Positions 60,359 through 64,000 of a DNA stretch of 64,000 nucleotides are shown here, piece by piece. The notes beneath the pieces are model-generated. The model searched no databases. It saw nothing but the letters and a program-made list of their open reading frames with translations, and was not told the origin of the DNA. Both the position numbers and the translations under genes were made by a program. The stretch's first letter is position 1; each line of letters opens with the position of its first letter. Origin of the DNA: Nitrosopumilus sp. (lineage in GTDB: Archaea > Thermoproteota > Nitrososphaeria > Nitrososphaerales > Nitrosopumilaceae); the NCBI GenBank assembly GCA_965223425.1, contig OZ245003.1, positions 384,001 to 448,000 of the forward strand, written 5' to 3'.

Positions 60359-62455
60359 TCAAAGACCTATACGAACATCTAGAATGCGACAACCTTTTCC
60401 TTTTTCCATTACTAAAACAGGATTCATATCCAGTTCTTTGATTTCTCCAAAGTCAGACACCAGTTGAGATAATCTCTGAATACATTCAGAGAGTTTTGTA
60501 GTATCAGAGGGTTTTTCGCCTCTTACACCTTGAAGCAGTTTTTGTGTTTTAATTGAGGCAATCATATCATCGGCCTCTCTATCAGTCACTGGAGCGAGTT
60601 TGAATGTAACATCCTTAAGAACTTCTACATAAATTCCACCCATTCCAAGCATGATTACTGAACCAAATCCCGGCTCAAGTTTTGAACCAATGATTAATTC
60701 TTTGCCGCCTTTTACCATCTCTACAATCAAGACGCCTTTGATCTCGGCTTTTTTGTTGTATTTTTTGGCATTTCTGATAATTGTTTTGAATGCAGTTTTA
60801 ATTTCAGAATCATTTGTCAAATTTACTTTGACGCCACCTGCATCTGATTTGTGAATTATTTGAGGCGATACAATCTTCATTACGACTGGATAACCAATAT
60901 TTTTTGCAATTTTCACTGCTTCTGCCTCATTTTTTGCAAGGGCACTTGAAGGAAGCGGTAAGCCATATGCTTTAAGAACTTCTTGTCCCTCTTCTTCTAA
61001 AAGATTTGGTCTTTTCTCTTTTTTTGCCTTGTCAAAGATTTGTTTTGCTTTTGTTTTATTTACTTTGAATTTAGCAATTTTTCCAGTTGGAGCTTTGATC
61101 CAATTAGAAAATCTAATCATTGCTGCCAGAGTTCTAATTGCACCTTCTGCATATGTATAATATGGAACGTTTCCATCAGCTAAAATTTCTCTATTAGTTA
61201 TTCCTTCATCTAATCCCATCAAACTTGCAAGCATTGTCTTTTTGTATTTCTTTGACATCTCAACAATAACCTCTGCTAGTTTATCATAATCTAGAGTTCC
61301 TGAAGGAGTACACATTGAGATAACAGAACCAACTTTTGGATGTTTGAGTACACGATCTAAAACATTATGAAATCGACTAAAATCAGCATCACCTACAATA
61401 TCAACAGGGTTTCTAGAGCTTCCCCAAGGCGGAATTACCTCATCAATCTTTTTTCTAACACTTGTAATGTCTGCCATCTTGATTTTGGCTTTAGCACAAG
61501 CATCAGTTGAGATAATGGCAGGGCCGCCTGCATTTGAAACAATTACGAGATCACCACCTGATGGAAGTGGTTGCTTAGAAAATGCCGTTGCATAATCAAA
61601 GAGTTCTTCCATGGTATCAACTCTAATTGCACCTGACTGCTTTAGTAAGGCATCATAGATTTCATCTGAACCCATTAAAGCTCCCGTATGTGACATTGCA
61701 GCTTTTGCACCTTCAGGACTTCGTCCGGATTTTAGAACAAGAACAGGTTTTTTGAGTTTTTTAGTAATGTTTTTACAAACTTTGAGAAACTCTTGGCCAT
61801 CACCCATGTCTTCAAGATACATTACAATAACTTCGGTTTGCTTATGGTTTGCAAGAATTTTTAGAACATCAACTTCGCTCATTGCAGCTTTGTTTCCAAG
61901 ACTCACTACCGCTGAGAAACCTATTCCTTGAGCACTAGCATCTTCAACTAACGCAGCACATATGGCGCCGCTCTGGGATACGAGTGCAATTTTTCCAGAT
62001 TTTGGTGTAATTTTTAAAAATGTAGAATTCATCATTGTCTTTGGATCAAGGTTCATGACGCCAAGACAGTTTGGTCCAATTACTTGTATTTTGTATTTTT
62101 TAGCTATGTCCCTAAGTTCTTGTTCACGTTTTGCACCTTCCTCATCTACCTCTTTAAAACCAGCAGTAATGATAATGACGCCTTTGATTTTTTTCTTGCC
62201 ACATTCTTCTAATACTGATGCAACCAATGTATTTTTGATAACAATAACTGCAAGATCTATTGGTTTTGGGACATCTAAAACACTCTTGTATGCTTTTTTG
62301 TAAAAGACAGTATCCCTTGATGGACTAATTGGATAAACAGTTCCCTTGAAACCATTCATAATATTTGATGTGATGGTAGCACCAACACTTCCTATCTTAT
62401 TGGATGCACCAATAACTGCAATTGATTTTGGGGATAAAACGACAGATTCTGTCAT
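60359..62455 (-). CDS. ADP-forming 4-hydroxybutyrate--CoA ligase
   Basis: GPNCLG, SQSGA, SHTGAL (phospho-His), ATP-grasp HKSDAGGV; adjacent to hcd. Confidence 0.85.
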   Translation of the reverse strand: MTESVVLSPKSIAVIGASNKIGSVGATITSNIMNGFKGTVYPISPSRDTVFYKKAYKSVLDVPKPIDLAVIVIKNTLVASVLEECGKKKIKGVIIITAGFKEVDEEGAKREQELRDIAKKYKIQVIGPNCLGVMNLDPKTMMNSTFLKITPKSGKIALVSQSGAICAALVEDASAQGIGFSAVVSLGNKAAMSEVDVLKILANHKQTEVIVMYLEDMGDGQEFLKVCKNITKKLKKPVLVLKSGRSPEGAKAAMSHTGALMGSDEIYDALLKQSGAIRVDTMEELFDYATAFSKQPLPSGGDLVIVSNAGGPAIISTDACAKAKIKMADITSVRKKIDEVIPPWGSSRNPVDIVGDADFSRFHNVLDRVLKHPKVGSVISMCTPSGTLDYDKLAEVIVEMSKKYKKTMLASLMGLDEGITNREILADGNVPYYTYAEGAIRTLAAMIRFSNWIKAPTGKIAKFKVNKTKAKQIFDKAKKEKRPNLLEEEGQEVLKAYGLPLPSSALAKNEAEAVKIAKNIGYPVVMKIVSPQIIHKSDAGGVKVNLTNDSEIKTAFKTIIRNAKKYNKKAEIKGVLIVEMVKGGKELIIGSKLEPGFGSVIMLGMGGIYVEVLKDVTFKLAPVTDREADDMIASIKTQKLLQGVRGEKPSDTTKLSECIQRLSQLVSDFGEIKELDMNPVLVMEKGKGCRILDVRIGL

Positions 62456-62517
62456 GTAAGTTGAATCTAAGGATTTTGTATAATAAAGTTATTCATAGAA
62501 ATTTCTGATCTCGAATT

Positions 62518-62874
62518 TTAGCTTCCCAGCATTTTTCCTGCTAAATTTTCATTTCTAGGAATCCATACAATTGAAAGACTAGAGAATTTTCCCATAATGC
62601 TCCAATCTTCTCGTGCCAGACTCCGAAGTTGTTCATTATTGATTGCAAATTCATGATTTAGCTGGTTGACAGTATTTTTGGAATCACTGTAGATTGTAAT
62701 CTCTTCTTTTGAATTGGCATGCTTGTTTAATGCAGAAATTATTGCCAAGTATTCTGCTTGATTGTTGGTTATGTCTGGCTTTTTCTCATAAAATGACTCT
62801 CCTGTCTCTTTTACAAAGAATCCGTAACCACTGTTATCCCCTCCAGAACCATCGACATAAACACTAATTCCCAT
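62518..62874 (-). CDS. rnhA: Ribonuclease HI
   Basis: YVDGS, TNNQAEY, YSDS, WIPRNEN. Confidence 0.85.
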   Translation of the reverse strand: MGISVYVDGSGGDNSGYGFFVKETGESFYEKKPDITNNQAEYLAIISALNKHANSKEEITIYSDSKNTVNQLNHEFAINNEQLRSLAREDWSIMGKFSSLSIVWIPRNENLAGKMLGS

Positions 62875-63307
62875 CTTTATACAACCTGGTTATCTTTACA
62901 CTTAGATTTAGTATTATCATGTAAATAACTGTGGACATAGCCTGTGATGCGACTGATGCTAGGTATGGATCATAGTTGATTGTTAGAAAATAGTACTGCA
63001 AACCCCATCTAACGACGGTATAAACAATCTCAGCAACTCCAAGCGAAGTAATTAATTTTTTTAGATCATGTTTTAGTTTTTGAGTGTCAGTGCCCCCTGA
63101 TTCTGTACGATATTTTTTTCTATTGTCAAGATAAAATAAGAAACTAAAGACTAAAAAATAAACAACATAATCTGCAATTGTAGTGTAAGTTGTATTTAGA
63201 TAATCTGCTTGTTCAGAAAGCAGCTGAGCAATTATTGCGGAAATAATAATTGATGCTGCAAGTGCAATTAGGACATTTTTGTTTAATTTGAAATATTCAT
63301 GTAACAC
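62864..63307 (-). CDS. Hypothetical four-TM membrane protein (GtrA-like)
   Basis: Hydrophobic profile. Confidence 0.65.
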   Translation of the reverse strand: MLHEYFKLNKNVLIALAASIIISAIIAQLLSEQADYLNTTYTTIADYVVYFLVFSFLFYLDNRKKYRTESGGTDTQKLKHDLKKLITSLGVAEIVYTVVRWGLQYYFLTINYDPYLASVASQAMSTVIYMIILNLSVKITRLYKDGN

Positions 63308-63342
63308 AGTTTTGATTATTTTTTGTTACAATTAAACTAAGA

Positions 63343-63627
63343 TTAATCCAAAGTGATCTTTAGGAATATTATTAATCCTGCAAGTTCTGCAATTCCCACT
63401 CCTAACATGTATGGGAATATATCGTGAGAGAAGATCTCTTCCATTGAAAAGTAAGCCATAGCACCAATTATGTTATGTAAAAACAACATTCCTGCAACAA
63501 CAATCATACCTAATGGAAGCTGTGCTCTAGTCTTGCCATACATTTTTCCAAATATACAGATGAGAATTCCAAGTACGCCCATGTTTGCAATTGAAACAAT
63601 AGATAAGACTAGTGATGTAGACTCCAT
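63343..63627 (-). CDS. Three-TM membrane protein
   Basis: Similar to 37091-37393; follows the wHTH gene. Confidence 0.75.
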   Translation of the reverse strand: MESTSLVLSIVSIANMGVLGILICIFGKMYGKTRAQLPLGMIVVAGMLFLHNIIGAMAYFSMEEIFSHDIFPYMLGVGIAELAGLIIFLKITLD

Positions 63628-63652
63628 TTAGTCAAAAACACATCTTGAGCGT

Positions 63653-63955
63653 TTATTTACTTTTATCCAACTTTCCTTCAATTTCTTCACATGTCTCCAT
63701 ATTAACTTCAAGAAAGGTAGAGATGAAATAGGCTACGCCATATTTCCTCCCAACTTTAGTTATCATGTTATTTTTTTCAAGCACTCTAATGTGGTGCTGA
63801 ATAGCCTTGTAATCTAATCCCAATTCATTTGCTAGTTGATTAGTATTAAGTGGGTTTTCCTTTAATTTTGAGATAATTTTTAGTCGATTCAAGCCTCCTC
63901 GTGAACCTGCAAACACAAACCAAAGCAGCCTCTTTGCATCAGGATCATTTGCCAT
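63653..63955 (-). CDS. ArsR-like winged-helix regulator
   Basis: LLWFVFAGSRGGLNRLKII...PLNTNQLA..LGLDYKAIQHHI.VL. Confidence 0.88.
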   Translation of the reverse strand: MANDPDAKRLLWFVFAGSRGGLNRLKIISKLKENPLNTNQLANELGLDYKAIQHHIRVLEKNNMITKVGRKYGVAYFISTFLEVNMETCEEIEGKLDKSK

Positions 63956-64000
63956 GAGTAATGAAAATTTCTCCAGTATACCACTAAAAAGTATTTTGAG

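Noticed and set aside
58762-62455. HP/HB carbon-fixation genes as a novelty
   Set aside because: Well-characterised core AOA pathway.

Overview
The window is from an AT-rich, Nitrosopumilus-like ammonia-oxidising archaeon (Nitrososphaerota/Thaumarchaeota). Diagnostic genes are 4-hydroxybutyryl-CoA dehydratase and ADP-forming 4-hydroxybutyrate-CoA ligase of the HP/HB carbon-fixation cycle, blue-copper proteins and typical thaumarchaeal C-terminal motifs. The backbone is core: end of the terminal oxidase cluster, argH, sdhACDB, Alba, FNR, ilvE, hel308-mcm-gins, rfcS, twin ferredoxins, aIF6, hisS, aIF5B-ndk-ribosomal proteins, glmM, purU, Lsm-rpl37e, rpiA and five tRNAs. Several accessory or decaying patches interrupt it. 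(i) At 8.2-11.7 kb an IS6-like remnant sits beside an intact two-gene cassette, a PD-(D/E)XK nuclease plus an unknown partner; this is my best candidate for an undescribed defence system. (ii) At 14.2-17.1 kb an island 3' of tRNA-Ala carries a GT-C glycosyltransferase and a repeated 'gene end + next start codon' unit. (iii) At 31-35 kb there is a PQQ dehydrogenase-thermonuclease fusion and a 701-aa multi-wHTH/nucleotidyltransferase fusion ending in a MITE-like element. (iv) At 47.8-54.7 kb there are pseudogenes, a GC-rich LivJ-type binding protein and an IS481 remnant. Notable non-coding signals are seven GATC sites in 96 bp between gins-mcm and rfcS and a 24-bp perfect palindrome at the padR start. 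About ten pseudogenes, including a truncated aglH/MraY-type transferase, suggest genome decay (possibly host-associated), although assembly indel errors cannot be excluded. All family calls come from motif recognition; no database searches were run.
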